This document shows, piece by piece, positions 1 through 12,193 of a stretch of DNA of 64,000 nt (position 1 is the stretch's first letter; every line of letters starts with the position of its first letter). The DNA is from Anolis carolinensis. Its lineage: Eukaryota. A program made the translations under genes and the position numbers. Under the pieces are notes generated by a model. It saw only the letters and a program-made list of their open reading frames with translations. It did no database searches and had not been told where the DNA came from. The stretch is taken from the NCBI RefSeq assembly GCF_035594765.1, contig NW_026943821.1, positions 248,001-312,000 of the forward strand, in the 5' to 3' direction.

Positions 1-2618
1 ACGATGACTGGGAGCAGGGCGGCTGGCGAGGGATGGAAGGCCACCGGCTGGAAGGGGCAGGGTGGCGGCTGAGCCTGCTCTGGGGCAGAGGGCTGGCCGG
101 AGGGCAGCGTCCGGCCCACGTTGATGGGCACCGGTGCCTGCAGCTGCCCCTTCCCGACCAGCAGCTCCTTCGGGGCGGCCTTCCCTGCCCGGGGGGTGCC
201 CTCCCGCAAGGGCTTCTCTGTGAACTTGGAGGGCGGCAGCAGGAGCGGCACGTCCGGGTTGCGCACGATGACAGGGGAGTCCCTCTGGACGGCAGGGACC
301 CTGCGCACGCTGGGCCCCGGATCGCAGGTCAGGCTGGCTGGCGGGGGAACCAGCAGCAGCGGGGAGGCCTGCTGGGAGCGGGAGGCAGCGGAGAAAGGCC
401 CCGTGGCGGGAGAGACGGCCCGGAAGCCGGCCGGCGTGGACGGGGTGGGAGTGTGCGAGACGGACTCCACCCCTGAGTCCAGGCTGTCGCTCTTGTGGAA
501 GTCGGCCGAGGAGCCGGGGCCCATGGCGCCCATGCCGACGCCCATGCTCCCGTGGTGGGCCTCGGCGGCCTTGCGCTTGCTGGGGCTCATGGGCACCGTG
601 AAGGTCAGGTTGGTGGAGAAGGCGGCGATGCCGGAGTGGTGCCGCTCGCGGGAGGCGGAGGCTGAGGCCGAGGAGGAGCCGTGGTGCAGCATCTCGGGGC
701 TCAGGACGGCGCCCTTCGGGGTGCTGGCACTGACGTGGCGGCTACGGGCGGCGGCAGCCCTCTGGATGACCGGGGAGGCGTTGATGGGGCTGAAGTTGGC
801 TGGGCGGAAGCCGAAGAGCGGGGAGGGCGACGGGGAGGGGGCCGGGGAGAAGGGCGACTGGTTGGAGACCGGCGAGAAGGAGGGAGTCCCCGAGCGGGAG
901 CTGCCCAGCGAGACCAGCATGACGGCCGCCTCGCACTCATCAAACTCGAAGCGGGAGAGGTCGGCAGGGGCCACCAGGCGGGGGCGGGAGTCCCCCCGGG
1001 CGCTGGAGGCCTCGCTGTCCCGGGAGGTCTCGTCCCAGTCGAACTCGGCGCTGCCCTCCCGCAGCCCGCTGGCCCGGCCCTCTGAGAGGCTCTCCATCTC
1101 CTTGGTGCGCATGGAGAGGTGCCGGGAGCAGTAGCCGCGCCGCTGGGACTCCTTCATGCAGCCCTCGCGGGAGCACAGTCGCCGCCACTGCTTCCCGTTG
1201 AACTTCTTGCGGATGCCATTCGGGGTACAGACCACGTCCCCCTTCTTGTACTTCTGCTGCGCCGCCGTCAGTGGGGTGCGTGACCGCGAGGAACCCGGCG
1301 TGCTGCACTTGTCCACCGAGACCACGCTGCTACTACGGCTCCCGCTGCCGGCCTCAGGGCTCAGGAGCGGGGAGGGTCCCTCGGACAGCAGGCGCGGGAA
1401 GGGCGGCGACTTGGGCGGGGAGAGCACCTGCGGGGGCAGCACCGCCGACACCAGCTTCTCCTCCGTGGCCCTCACGCCTGCACTGATCTTGGAGACCTCC
1501 GCGTCCTCCGGGTGCTTCGCCTCGGGGCAAGGGAGGGCCAGGGGCGGCAGCGGCACCACCTCCTCCCCCTCCTCCCCTTCCCGCACAGATGGGGGAAGCC
1601 TTTCGGGGGGCTCGGTCTCCCCCTCACCACTCCAGGGCGGCCGCAGGAGGCGCAAGGCAGACCTGGGCAGCCAGGCCGAGTCCTTCCGCATGGACGTGGC
1701 CCCTCCTGGTCCCGGGAGGACGACGGGTCGGGTGAAATGCACCTTGTAGGAGGCTGGCTTGGTGCTGACCTCGACCACGGTGCCCTCCCGGTAGGCAGCG
1801 GCCATTGCCTCCTCCTCGGGGCCCACACAGGCGCACACCGCGGTGCCCACAGCCAGTGCACTTGGCGGAGGAGCATTGTCCAGGACCACCTCCACGGAGC
1901 CTGGGGCCCCCTCATAGAAGGCCGTAGCCCGGTCTCCCAGGAACTGCACCCCCAGGCCCTGCCCACGCCGGACCTGCTTGACCACGGCCGGGAGGAAGAG
2001 CCCCTCGCGCTGGGCTAGCACCCGCTGGGAGCGCAACTGCCGCAGATCAAAGCCCCCTGGGAAGCGGGGCCCCCAGGCGTCCCCCGGGCCCCTCTCGGTC
2101 TCATCAGCCGAGTGCTCGCTGGCCGTGTCCGTGCTGGAGGAGGGGCAGCGCCGGGGGGCTTCCTCCTGCAGCGGGGTCCCTGATGACGCCCCCAACGACG
2201 ACGCCCCCGGGACCCCCTCGCCAGGCTCTTCTCCACCTCCTCCTCCTCCTGCTCCTCCCCCTCCTGGGGGCTGCTTCCTGCAGGGAACACGGGCCTTGAA
2301 GGTGGCCGTCTTGCGGTTCAAGGAGGCCTCTGCCCCGCCAGCCTCTTGCCCCACGTCTGTCTCTGCCTCAAGGGGCAAAGCATAGGGGTCACCCTGGGCC
2401 CCCGCCATCTGCGCAAAGGCCAGGGCCCGCTCTGCGTCCGGATCCTCCGCTGGCTCCACCCCTTCCTCCGGCCGGGGCTCCTCGCCTTCCACGACCGTCC
2501 TGCGCTTCTGGGCCTTGGCCCGCGTTGAGGGCGGGGAACGGCCACCGCTGCTGCTATTGCTGCTATTGCTATTGGTGCCTATTGAAGAGGAGGGGGCGGC
2601 CTTCCTCGCCGGTTTCAT
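1..2618 (-). CDS. CIC: Capicua transcriptional repressor, long-isoform (CIC-L) N-terminal coding exon; ATG at 2618, continues beyond window left edge
   Basis: Reverse-strand frame from ATG 2618 ([10 protein letters not shown]...[10 protein letters not shown]). It reads in frame through [109 protein letters not shown] and [19 protein letters not shown] at the edge, all matching CIC-L. Splice acceptor (pyrimidine tract + CAG) puts the exon start at 2652. Missing from the ORF track because it has no stop in the window. Confidence 0.96.
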   Translation of the reverse strand, partial: MKPARKAAPSSSIGTNSNSSNSSSGGRSPPSTRAKAQKRRTVVEGEEPRPEEGVEPAEDPDAERALAFAQMAGAQGDPYALPLEAETDVGQEAGGAEASLNRKTATFKARVPCRKQPPGGGGAGGGGGGEEPGEGVPGASSLGASSGTPLQEEAPRRCPSSSTDTASEHSADETERGPGDAWGPRFPGGFDLRQLRSQRVLAQREGLFLPAVVKQVRRGQGLGVQFLGDRATAFYEGAPGSVEVVLDNAPPPSALAVGTAVCACVGPEEEAMAAAYREGTVVEVSTKPASYKVHFTRPVVLPGPGGATSMRKDSAWLPRSALRLLRPPWSGEGETEPPERLPPSVREGEEGEEVVPLPPLALPCPEAKHPEDAEVSKISAGVRATEEKLVSAVLPPQVLSPPKSPPFPRLLSEGPSPLLSPEAGSGSRSSSVVSVDKCSTPGSSRSRTPLTAAQQKYKKGDVVCTPNGIRKKFNGKQWRRLCSREGCMKESQRRGYCSRHLSMRTKEMESLSEGRASGLREGSAEFDWDETSRDSEASSARGDSRPRLVAPADLSRFEFDECEAAVMLVSLGSSRSGTPSFSPVSNQSPFSPAPSPSPSPLFGFRPANFSPINASPVIQRAAAARSRHVSASTPKGAVLSPEMLHHGSSSASASASRERHHSGIAAFSTNLTFTVPMSPSKRKAAEAHHGSMGVGMGAMGPGSSADFHKSDSLDSGVESVSHTPTPSTPAGFRAVSPATGPFSAASRSQQASPLLLVPPPASLTCDPGPSVRRVPAVQRDSPVIVRNPDVPLLLPPSKFTEKPLREGTPRAGKAAPKELLVGKGQLQAPVPINVGRTLPSGQPSAPEQAQPPPCPFQPVAFHPSPAALLPVI

Positions 2619-4341
2619 CTTCTTCTCCCAACTCTGCTGCAGACTCTGAGAGCTGGAAAAAGAAAAGCAGAAGGAACGAGGGTGAGGAGGGTGAGGAAGG
2701 AGGGAGGGAGGGAGGGGGAGCCCTCTTCCGGTCAGAATCCCCCTGAGCTTGGCAGATCCCAGAGCTTGGGGAAGTTCCTTTTTCAGGCGTACCCCCTCCC
2801 CCAGTCTTCCTGGGAAGTTCCACTGGAGCTCCCCAAAAGGAAAACCCCAAGGTCCGCTCCAAATAATCATTTGTAACCCCCCCCGTCTGTTACTATTCAA
2901 ATGATACATTCAACTTGGGAGAGGATGACATGGGGCCACTGGAAGTTGCTGGACAGATAACTCGCCAAAGGGATGCTGGGATGGAAGGGGAAGCTGGACC
3001 GGCCGCACATCTGAAGCCGTGCCCTTTTCTAAAATAAAACACTGGAAACGGAAGACCCGTCAGGCATTTGTCTGCACGAAAGGGCAGTCCCGCTGGGCTC
3101 CCACCTCAGCTACGCTGGAGAATGAATGCCAGTTGGCCCCACTTTGACTGCCATGGCTCCATGCTATGGAATCCTGGGATTTGTAGTTTGGCAAGTCAAT
3201 GGCATTTGGCAGAGGATGCTGAAGACTGTGCGTGTGTCTTTACCACACCCCTCCATCCAAGACTGAGAGGATCTCCTAAACCGGAGCAATCCAAAGAGGA
3301 GAGACCCTCTGGGTGCGTCCACACAGCAGGCCTTTGCCTCCTCTCACAAAGGAATGCAAACTGCAACTCCCAGGATCCCACTGCATGGGGTGGGGTGGTG
3401 CTGGCAGTGAAAGAGGGGCCAAGCTGCACTCATTCTCCGGTGTGGACAACTCCTGGGATGAGCCTGAAGAGCCCCCCACCCCTGCCCAGTGGCTTCCAGA
3501 CAAAGTCTGGCCAAGCTCCCCCCCCCCCCCCCCCCGAAAGTGCTCCAAGGGCAGGACACACAGAAAACAGAGCGGCCCACACCTGGCGCTGGATCGGGGC
3601 CAGGAGGAGGAAGAGGGAAGGGGCCCCATTCCTGGAAAACACTGGTCAGCAGCAGAGGGCTCAACCAAAGGAAGCGGGCAGAAATTTGAAGAAGTGCCAA
3701 AGCAAATTACTCCAATTTACTCCAATCCGGAAGCAATTTACTCCAATCCGGATTGGGATTAGTGTGGGAATCAGATTTAAAATGGGCTCCGTTTCTTCTC
3801 TTTCAAAAGAACTTGGTTTGGCAAAAAACCCAAGCTTAGAAATCGCTCTCAGCACAAAATTTTGTGTAGATGGTACTATTATCCACTCAAACCACACAGA
3901 ATTGATAACTATGTTGGAGAAGGTGCATGCAAATAAGGGATTTTGAGCCCAAAAGTATGGAGATTCTGTGAGGAAGTGGAATGGCCTGCAGGAGCCAACT
4001 AAAGACCCTTCTCTTCCGGCAGAAGGTCTGCCCAGACAGTATTAAGCATGAATTTTAAACTCGTGTCTTATATTTTATCTTTGTATTTTAATATGTCTTT
4101 TATGTATACTTATAACAATGTTTATGTGTTGTAATTATACTATAACCCATCTCAAACCACGAGGAGAGGCAGGTAGGAAATACAATTATTATTGTTGTGG
4201 AGAGTAAGCCAAAGAGTGTGTGTGTGTGGGGGGGGGGGGGGGGAATACACTTCAGGGGAAGCTCCATTAATTATTTCTGGACCTGAAAGTGAGAATAATA
4301 AGGATCTGGCAAATAAAACTACTTCTGTAGTGTGTGCCTCC

Positions 4342-5190
4342 GGCCCCTTCTACACTGCCATATACAATCCACATTGAACTGGAATATATGGCGGTATGGA
4401 GTCAGATATCCCAGTTCAAAGCAGATATTACGGATTGTTGGCCTTGATATTCTGGGTTACTTGGCTGTGTGGAAGGGGACTCAGGGCGGTTTTCAAGTAT
4501 ATATATACATATATACATACAATATATTATATTGATATTCTTGATATTCTGGGTTGCTTGGCTGTGGGGAAGAGGCCCCATATAATCCAGTCCAAAGCAG
4601 ATCATAATGTGGATTGTTGGCCTTATTTATTTATTTGTGACATTTATATCCCGTCCTTCTCACCCCGAAGGGGACTCAGGGCAGTTTACAGGGCTCCCTC
4701 CCTATCTTCCTTCAGGAAACAACTGAAGACTTGGATGTTTCAGCAGGTCTTCGGAGATACAGTCATTAATTAATCAGCCCCAGAGGGTTTTTAATATATC
4801 CTGCATTTATTACGGCCTTACCTTTCATGTGTTTTTAATGTAATTTTTTATCCTGTATTGTTGTTTTAATTGATATATTGCATTAGTGTTTTATCTGTTT
4901 TATATTGTATTATGTTGCTTTTATTTTGTCCTTATGTTGTTTGGTCTCTGCCCCATGTAAGCCGCCCCGAGTCCCCACGGGGAGATGGTGGCGGGGTATA
5001 AATAAATTATTATTATTATTATTATTATTACAAGTATATATACATACAATATATTATATTGATATTCTTGATATTCTGGGTTGCTTGGCTGTGTGGAAGA
5101 GGCCCCATATAATCCAGTCCAAAGCAGATCATAATGTGGATTGTCTGCCTTGACAACCTGGGCGATATGTCAGTGCGGAAGGGGCCTCCA
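4342..5190. mobile_element. Cluster of Harbinger-like MITE fragments and L2-type LINE 3' ends
   Basis: ggccccttctacactg / ctgtgtggaagaggcc termini, plus gccgccccgagtccc...ggggtataaataaa(tta)n 3' tails. Confidence 0.55.
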
Positions 5191-5399
5191 CCATCCTCAA
5201 AGCAGGGCCCAGACCCCCCCCCCCACAGAAAGGGAGGGGAGGAGGTGCTTCTGGCAGAGGAAACAGGAAGGAGGGCAAGAGGGCGGGACATTGCTTGGCT
5301 GTCCATCAAACTGCCCCTTCCCTTCCCCTTGACCCCCGTGAGCCCCCGGATGGTCCCAGACGCAGACCCTGCCCCCCTCCCCCCCCGGGCCCTGCTTTG

Positions 5400-7300
5400 A
5401 GAGCGGCCTGCAGCCTTTCCCCCTGAATGGGAAAGAGGGCGGTGACGTCACGGCACTCTGTTTATCCCCAGAGGCGCCCCCGCCCGCCCCCCAAGGGCCT
5501 CCGCTGATTCCTGGGCCTCTTTCGGGGAAGGTTTGCAGAGACCCAACTTCCTCGGGAGGGTCTCCATCTGGTGCCTCCTTCCGGGTTTGTTCAGGGGGAG
5601 CCAAAGCTGGCGCGCCCCACTTCCGCCTTGCCGCCCCCCTCCCTCCCTCCTTCGCCCCCCCCCCCCCCATGACACTTGGTACCTCCCACCCACCGACCCA
5701 TTTCCTGCCTGACGACCCCCGACCTCTTGACTCCTAACCCACTTCCGGGGTTGTAGGGGAAGCGATCACCTTTTCCTTCCTCCTCCGGGAGACTTCCTTC
5801 TCCTCCTCTCCTCCTCAGACTCCCCCTCCCTCCCTCCCTCCCTCCCCCGGTTGCGCGGCGCGGTGGTCCAGCCCGGGCCCCCTCTCGGCCGCTTTTTACT
5901 CCAGCAGACAAAATGGTGAATGAATCCCGACCAGCTGGAGGCGCCGCCCAATCGGAGGCCACAACTCCGTGACGGGCAGGGAGCGCGGCCAACCGCGAGG
6001 CGGCAGGGATGGCGCATTGACCCGCCCCCTTTCCCCTGTGAGACGGGCACCAGGCGCCGCCTATCGGTGCCTCAGAGAGACGGGGCAAGCCCCGCCCCTC
6101 CCAGGAAAAGAGCACTTACAGTAGCCAATCGGCAGCGGGCCGCAGAACAAGTGGGCGGGGCCCTCTGATACAGTCGCTAATGAGGACCACGGGGAGGAGC
6201 CAAGGGCTCAGGCTTGTTTACTTGGCGCTGGAGGGGCTGGATGGGAGTTGCAGTCACTTGACCCCAAGGCAACGGGCCCGCTCCGGCCCTCCCCCCTCCG
6301 GGCCCCCAATCCCTAACAGCATACCGCCTGCTGGGAATTGTGGGAGTTGGAGTCCAAAACTCCTGAAGGGAGGGGAGCCGAAGTGGGCCCATGGCCTGCC
6401 TTAACCCGGAAGTCCGGACTACATCTCCCGGGGTGCACCGCGAGCGAGGCCCCGCCCATCTCTCCTCTCTCAAGCGAGGGAGGTGCCGGATGTTTGTCTC
6501 TCTGCCGCAGAGTCCTTAGGATTAGCTCTGAAAGACTACGGCTCCCACAATGCCCCGGAGCGGCCTCCCCTCATTTGCATCCGCGCGAGGCTTCACGGGA
6601 CCTGCAGCCCTCGGGGCGGCCCTCTCTGCAGGATGTCCCTGGCAGCTCCCGGGGAAAGACTACGCCTCCCGTCGGGCCCCGCGGCCCCGCTCGGCTCCTG
6701 AGGGGAGGGGGGGCGGGGAGGCTCCTGGGCTTCGCTCCCACCCGCCGCCCCCCCCCGCCGCCTCATTTGCATGCCATTAGCATTCCTCCCACTCACCGCC
6801 GCCGCCGGCTCCCGGGCCGCTCTCTCCGCGCGGGGCCTGCGCTTTCCCCTCAGCAACAGCGGAAGCCTCCGCCGCGGCCAATCAGCGCCCGGGCCGGGGA
6901 CCCCCTCCCTCCTTCCCCCCACGTGGGGTGCGAGGGGCGGGGCCGGCGCCGGCCAATCGGGGCGCGGGGCGGCCGAGGGATGAGGTCACCGCGCGGGGCA
7001 GGCATTGGGCCCTGCCGCCGAGCCCGGCAGCCAATCCGGGCGCGCCTTGCGCCGAGACGCGGAAGTCGGGGCTCCTTTCGGAAAAGAGGGAGAGGGGCGG
7101 GGGGAGGCGCGTGGACACGTGTCCGGACACACGTGTGCACGCAAGCAGGTTCTCACGTGCAATTCGAGGAAGGGCCCGCCCCCAGTTCATTATCGTGATG
7201 ATCGCCATCATGTTTGCCGCCGCCTTTGGAACTCCCCGCGACAGTCTTTGCCACCTCTGAGCACGTGCAGAGTGCCGCAGCAGCAGCAGCAAGGACGCCC
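5400..7300. promoter_or_regulatory. CpG island, probable CIC-L promoter and non-coding first exon (possible minus-strand donor GAG|GTACCA near 5683)
   Basis: Very high CpG content. CRE TGACGTCA ~5443; ETS CCGGAAGT at 5741-5748 (-) and 6406-6413; multiple CCAAT boxes; ZNF143-type ACTACnnnnCCC motifs at 6418, 6535 and 6659; octamers ATTTGCAT at 6573-6580 and 6765-6772. Confidence 0.75.
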
Positions 7301-8084
7301 CTTTTCCCGGCCCGCTTCCCTCCCCTCTCCCTTCCCCGCTCCTCCCCCGTTGGGGTCCCTTGGAACAGATAGATGCCCATCAAAACAGTTCAGGAAAGCA
7401 AGTCTCTCCTGTTGTTTGCTCTTTCAGTCGTGGGGGCCCCCGTGGGCAGCCGTGTCCCCCCGCAGCGCCTTCGAGGCCGAGCCCGTCCCTCCAAGGGGAC
7501 CACCCACCCACCCACCCAGCGTGCCCGTGGTCGGCCCCTCTTCCCCTTCCCTTCCTCTTTCCCCAGCATCCTTCTCTTCTCCTGTCTTCCCGTGATGTGG
7601 CCCAAGCCCTTCCTCCTTCCTCTTTGCCTCTCCTTCCTTCCCTCCCTCCCGTGAGCATCCACTGGGCCTTCTTCCCTGGAGTGTGCACTGGGGGGTCTCC
7701 TTGTGGTCCAAGGCACGCTCAGCCCTTTCCTCCGAGACCACCGTTCACAAGCGCCTCTCTCTTCCTTCCTTTGCTCAGCCTCCCTTCTGGCCCAGCTCTC
7801 TCGCTCACATCCATAGGGGAAGACCATGGCTTTCACTGTGTGGACTTTCCTTGCCAGTGTGATGTCTCCGCTCTTCACTCTTTTGTCATTGAGATGTGTC
7901 CTTGCTTTCCTCCCAAGAAGGAGATATTTTCTGAATTCCTGGCTGCAGTGAAACACAAAACGTGTACCTGTCTCCATGTTTCCTCCCTCTATTTGCCAGT
8001 TCTCAATCCGCCTGGCTGCCATCATCTGATGTTTATCTGCCACCCAGCTTTTGCTCTTTCTTGTTTCTTCCCCTCTGTTCGCCC

Positions 8085-8741
8085 CAACTGAAACATCTCC
8101 ACTGGCTGCCGATAAGCTGCCGGTCCCAATTCAAGGTGCAGATGATGACCTATAAAGCCCCACACGGCTTAGGGTTAGGGTTGCCTCTCGCCCTACGAAC
8201 CGGCCCGGGCCTTAAGGTCTGCCGGGGGGGGGGGGGAGGCCCTCCTCTCTCTCCCACCGCTGTCCCAAGCGCGGCTGTTGGGGAGGAGGGAGCGGGCCTT
8301 CCCGGTGGTGGCCCCCGGCTCTGCCCACTTCCCGCAAGGAACTGAAACCCCGGTGGTTCCAGCAGGTCTGTGAACAGGGTTAGTTTCAGTGTCCAACAAA
8401 GCAGACCCTGCTCTGCGCACGACTCGCCTCTTGGCCCCATGAGATGCTGTCGTAGAAGATTTCATCGGTCCCTTACAATGGACCATGTCTCCCACGCAGC
8501 CCCGACCACTGGTTCCCGATCCCTCGATGGAACATCTCGACGGAACTGTAACTATGACCATTTTAACTGAACTGTTTTAGCCTTGTTATGATTTGTTTTA
8601 TGATGTTTGCTGTGTTCAAGTTGTTGTATGATGTTTCTGACAATTGACTGTTTTTGTACACATCTTGGAAACCGCCCTGAGTCCTCTCGAGGAGATGGAG
8701 CGGTATATAATACATTTTCATTATTATTATAATTGTTATTA

Positions 8742-8797
<56 letters not shown>
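8085..8797 (+). mobile_element. L2-clade LINE fragments (ORF2 C-terminus and 3' end) with (TAT)n tail
   Basis: HLHWLPISCRSQFKV..TYKA translation; ggaaaccgccctgagtcc 3' end followed by long (tat)n at ~8740-8797. Confidence 0.65.
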
Positions 8798-8798
<1 letters not shown>

Positions 8799-8814
8799 AT
8801 ATTGTATTGTATTT

Positions 8815-9012
8815 CCCCTTGGTGAGAAGGCTCCTCAGCTCCTCCTCTCTTTCAGCTTTCATCCAAGTGGGATCATCTGCATATCTGAGGTTGTTAATGT
8901 TCCTTCAACCAATTTTAACTCCAGCCTTGTATTCGTCAAGCCCCGCATAATGTGTTCTGCATGCAAGTTGAATAGGGAGGGTGAGAGTATATAGCCCTGC
9001 TGCACTCCTTTA
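8815..9012 (-). mobile_element. RTE/BovB LINE reverse-transcriptase fragment
   Basis: Minus-strand translation NINNLRYADD..AEREEELRSLL contains the RT YADD motif. Confidence 0.75.
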
Positions 9013-9749
9013 ATAATAATAATACGTTTATTTATATCCCACCTCCATCTCCCCCGAAGGGGACTCGGGGCGGCTTACAGCAAAATCAGATACAAAACAA
9101 TAACAAAATACGAAACATCAAAATACAATAACAAAAACCAATAATAATATATTTCCCAATCTTGAACCCATCTGTTGTTTTGGCAACTGCCCGTTTATTT
9201 CTCTCCTTTCCACTGCCATTCATTGTACGTTTCCTTTGTTCTGGGTGTGTTTCTCATGTCTGAATTCTTCTAGCGTTAAGGCTAAGGCTATTCATTATTA
9301 TTAGTGTTAACAGTAATTATTTTTGATGTTTTATTATGGTTGTTGTTGTTGGATGTTTTGTGTTGGTCATTGAATGCTTTACCTATGTTGAAAACTGCCC
9401 TGAGTCCCTTTGTGGAGATAAAGTGATATATAAATAAAATTATTATTATTATTTATTAATCTGTTGGCAAAACAGCCTCGGCAGACTATTGGCCTCCCAC
9501 CCGAACATCATGATATACGAGGGTTGAATGAAAAGTAATGCCTCCACCTTTGTAACTCCTTAACAGAAGGCAGTCCTGGTCTGCGGCAAGTACTGGCTTG
9601 TTCAGGAGACTCTCCTCTACAGTTAGTTCCATTTGGCGGGAAGCCTTAGCATTGAACAGTTGTGTTGTTAAAGTGCAAAGTATGGAACCTTGCACAGACA
9701 GTCAGTCAATGCGACTTAAGCAACGTGCAGTCACTGAATTCTTGGCAGT

Positions 9750-10240
9750 AGAAAAACTAATAGAATTACAAGTGACAAATAAAACATGGGTGAGATTTGA
9801 AAAGGAAATTAATGGAGTTGACTGTGAAGAAATAATCTATAGAAAATGGGATAAAAGGAATATTGATAAACTAACAGGACCAATGAAAGGAACAATGCAA
9901 GTGTGGAAGAAGTGGCAAGGGAGAATAGGCAGTCTGAAATCTAAAATAGCAACAGTATGGTCAATTAATAAATAAAAAGATTCAAATTTGAATAGAAATA
10001 TCCAGATATTAAAGGGAAAAGGAATAGACAGAGTAGAACAATTATACAATAGTGAGGGAAGGGTAAGGGAGAATGAAATTAAACAATGGCTTGGACAGAA
10101 AAATTGGCTATAGGTAAGAGCAATTTGTACCTATCTCAATACTAAAGAAACTATTAATATGGTAAAAAGGGAAGAAACCCCCTTTGAAAAGATAATAAGA
10201 GAAAAAATGGAAGGAAATAACGCACAGGCCAGTAAAATAT
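9750..10240 (+). mobile_element. L1-clade ORF2 fragment
   Basis: A-rich, Lys/Trp-rich degenerate frame (TNKTWVRFEKEING...MQVWKKWQ) typical of the L1/Tx1 ORF2 C-terminal region. Confidence 0.5.
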
Positions 10241-10241
10241 A

Positions 10242-10959
10242 CAGTATATACTCGAGTATAAGCCTAGTTTTTCAGCCCTTTTTTAGGGCTGAAAAAGCTC
10301 CCCTTGGCTTATACTCGAGTGAAGATCCTGGCTGGCTTATGTTCGGGTCGGCTTATACTCAAGTATATAGGTAATCAGACTTAGACAGTCTTATCTTATT
10401 AAAGTCTTATTATTATTATCATAAATTACAATTCTATGTAAACATTCAATAACATTTAACCTATTGATGCCTCAAATAATGTAATTTTATTAGTACAGTA
10501 GAGTCTCACTCGCTTATCCAAGGTTCTGGATTATCCAATGCATTTTTGTAGTCAATGTTTTCAATATATTGTGATATTTTGGTGCTAAATTTGTAAATAC
10601 AGTAATTACTACATAGCATTACTACGTATTGAACTACTTTTTCTGTCAAATTTGTTGTATAACATGATGTTTTGGTGCTTAATTTGTAAAATCATAACCT
10701 GATTTGATGTTTAATAGGCTTTTCCTTAATCCCTCCTTTTTATCCAACATATTCGCTTATCCAATGTTCTGCCTGCCCGTTTATGTTGGATAAGTGAGAC
10801 TCTACTGTATCTATATTTATTTTTATTTTTGAAATTTACCAGTAGCTGCTGCATTTCCCACCCTCGTCTTATACTCGAGTCAATAGGTTTTCCCAGTTTT
10901 GTGATAAAATCCGGTGCCTCGGCTTATATTCAGGTCGGCTTATACTCGAGCATATACGG
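10242..10959. mobile_element. Tc1/pogo-like non-autonomous DNA transposon (second copy from ~11808)
   Basis: Termini CAGTATATACTCGAGTATAAG ... CTTATACTCGAGCATATACGG with TA flanks; related copy at 11808-12660. Confidence 0.7.
10496..10807. mobile_element. Tc1/pogo MITE family with TIR CAGTAGAGTCTCACTTATCCAA; other copies at 15353-15673, 16840-17135, 18540-18970, 23467-24063, 24294-24601, 40288-40889
   Basis: Matching inverted termini, TA target duplications and a shared ~310-bp internal sequence across seven copies. Confidence 0.85.
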
Positions 10960-11051
10960 TAGGTGTATGTCCTAAAATAATAATTAAAAAAAATTAAAAA
11001 GGGGGGAAAAGATGAAGGTGGAGGCATTACTTTTCATTCAACCCTCGTAGG

Positions 11052-11250
11052 TCAAGCGTGGGCAAACTTCAGCCTTCAGTTCAGGTGTTTTGGATTGCAA
11101 CTCCCAGAATTCCTAACAGCCTCAGGCCCTTTCCTTTTCCCCCTCGGCCGCTTAAGCGGCCGAGGGGGAAAAGGAAGGGGCCTGAGGCTGTTAGGAATTC
11201 TGGGAGTTGCAATCCAAAACACCTACAGGGCCAGAGTTAGCCCATGCCTG
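11052..11250. mobile_element. Palindromic hAT-type MITE (related copies at 25255-25437, 12963-13108, 32776-32865)
   Basis: Near-perfect ~190-bp inverted repeat centred on ccgcttaagcgg, with gggcaaactt...agttagccc termini. Confidence 0.7.
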
Positions 11251-12193
11251 AAATAGAGAGATCTATCTATCAGGGGTCAGGCTAGAAACAGGTGGAGGGG
11301 GGGCGCACCCGGATCAACCCCTCCCTGAGCAAAAGGAGGGGGCAGAGGGGGGGCTCCTGCCCATCATCTTTTGCCCCCACCCACCTCTTTCCTCTCCAGG
11401 CCCATCTGTCTTGGCGGCTCAACCGGGATTAAGAGTCTGTGCCGGGCGGGCGTTTGGGGACCCCCAAGTCGTGCCCCCCTCCCCCCCCCTCCCTGCGCTC
11501 CTGTGTGGAGTTATTTTCCCCTTCCCCAAAAAAAGGGGGGGGAGGAAGGGGCTCCGGGGCTGACCTTTGCCCTCCCGGCTTCCCGCTCAGCTGTTGCCAT
11601 TCTGTGGGGCTTAAGCGGGCGCTTAGCCGCATGCCTTGCGCGCCTCGGCCAGGGACCCTCTGGGAATAATAATATCACTGGGCCACTTTGTCCCTCGGTG
11701 GTCAATGTCATCGCTTCCTAATTGGTCCCGTCCTGGAAACACGGGGGAAACAAGAGGAGGAAACTGCAAAAGGTGGGACATCGTCGGGCATCCACGAAAA
11801 CAACTACCCGTATATACCCGAGTATAAGCCGACCCGAATATAAGCCGAGGCACCTAATTTTACCACAAAAAAACCTGGGAAAACATTGACTCCAGTATAA
11901 GCCGAAATACCAATAAAATTACCGTATATACCCGAGTATAAGCCGACCCGAATATAAGCCAAGGCACCTAATTTTACCACCAAAAAAACCTGGGAAAACA
12001 TTGACTCCAGTATAAGCCGAGGGTGGTAAATTTCAGAAATAAAAATAGATACCGATAAAATTACATTAATTGAGGCATCCTTAGGTTAAATGTTTTTGAA
12101 TATTTACCTAAATTTAAGATAAGACTGTCCAACTCTGATCAAATCATTATTCTCATCTTCTTCAATGTAAATGTGCTTATGGATCCTTTTAAT

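Larger units (their letters stand above)
9518..11047 (+). mobile_element. Mariner (galluhop-like) element remnant hosting nested insertions
   Basis: TIRs CGAGGGTTGAATGAAAAGTAATGCCTCC at 9518 and its reverse complement ending at 11047, with TA flanks; transposase N-terminus MRLKQRAVTEFLA. Confidence 0.8.

Noticed and set aside
33-2385. Several plus-strand ORFs up to 337 aa
   Set aside because: Antisense shadows of the CIC-L exon.
3068-3946. 292-aa ORF in the CIC intron
   Set aside because: Patchwork of repeat fragments and poly-C with a non-ATG start; no protein-like features.
7859-7934. Second C/D-like pair (GTGATGT...CTGA)
   Set aside because: Imperfect box C, likely by chance, and it overlaps the small ORF candidate.
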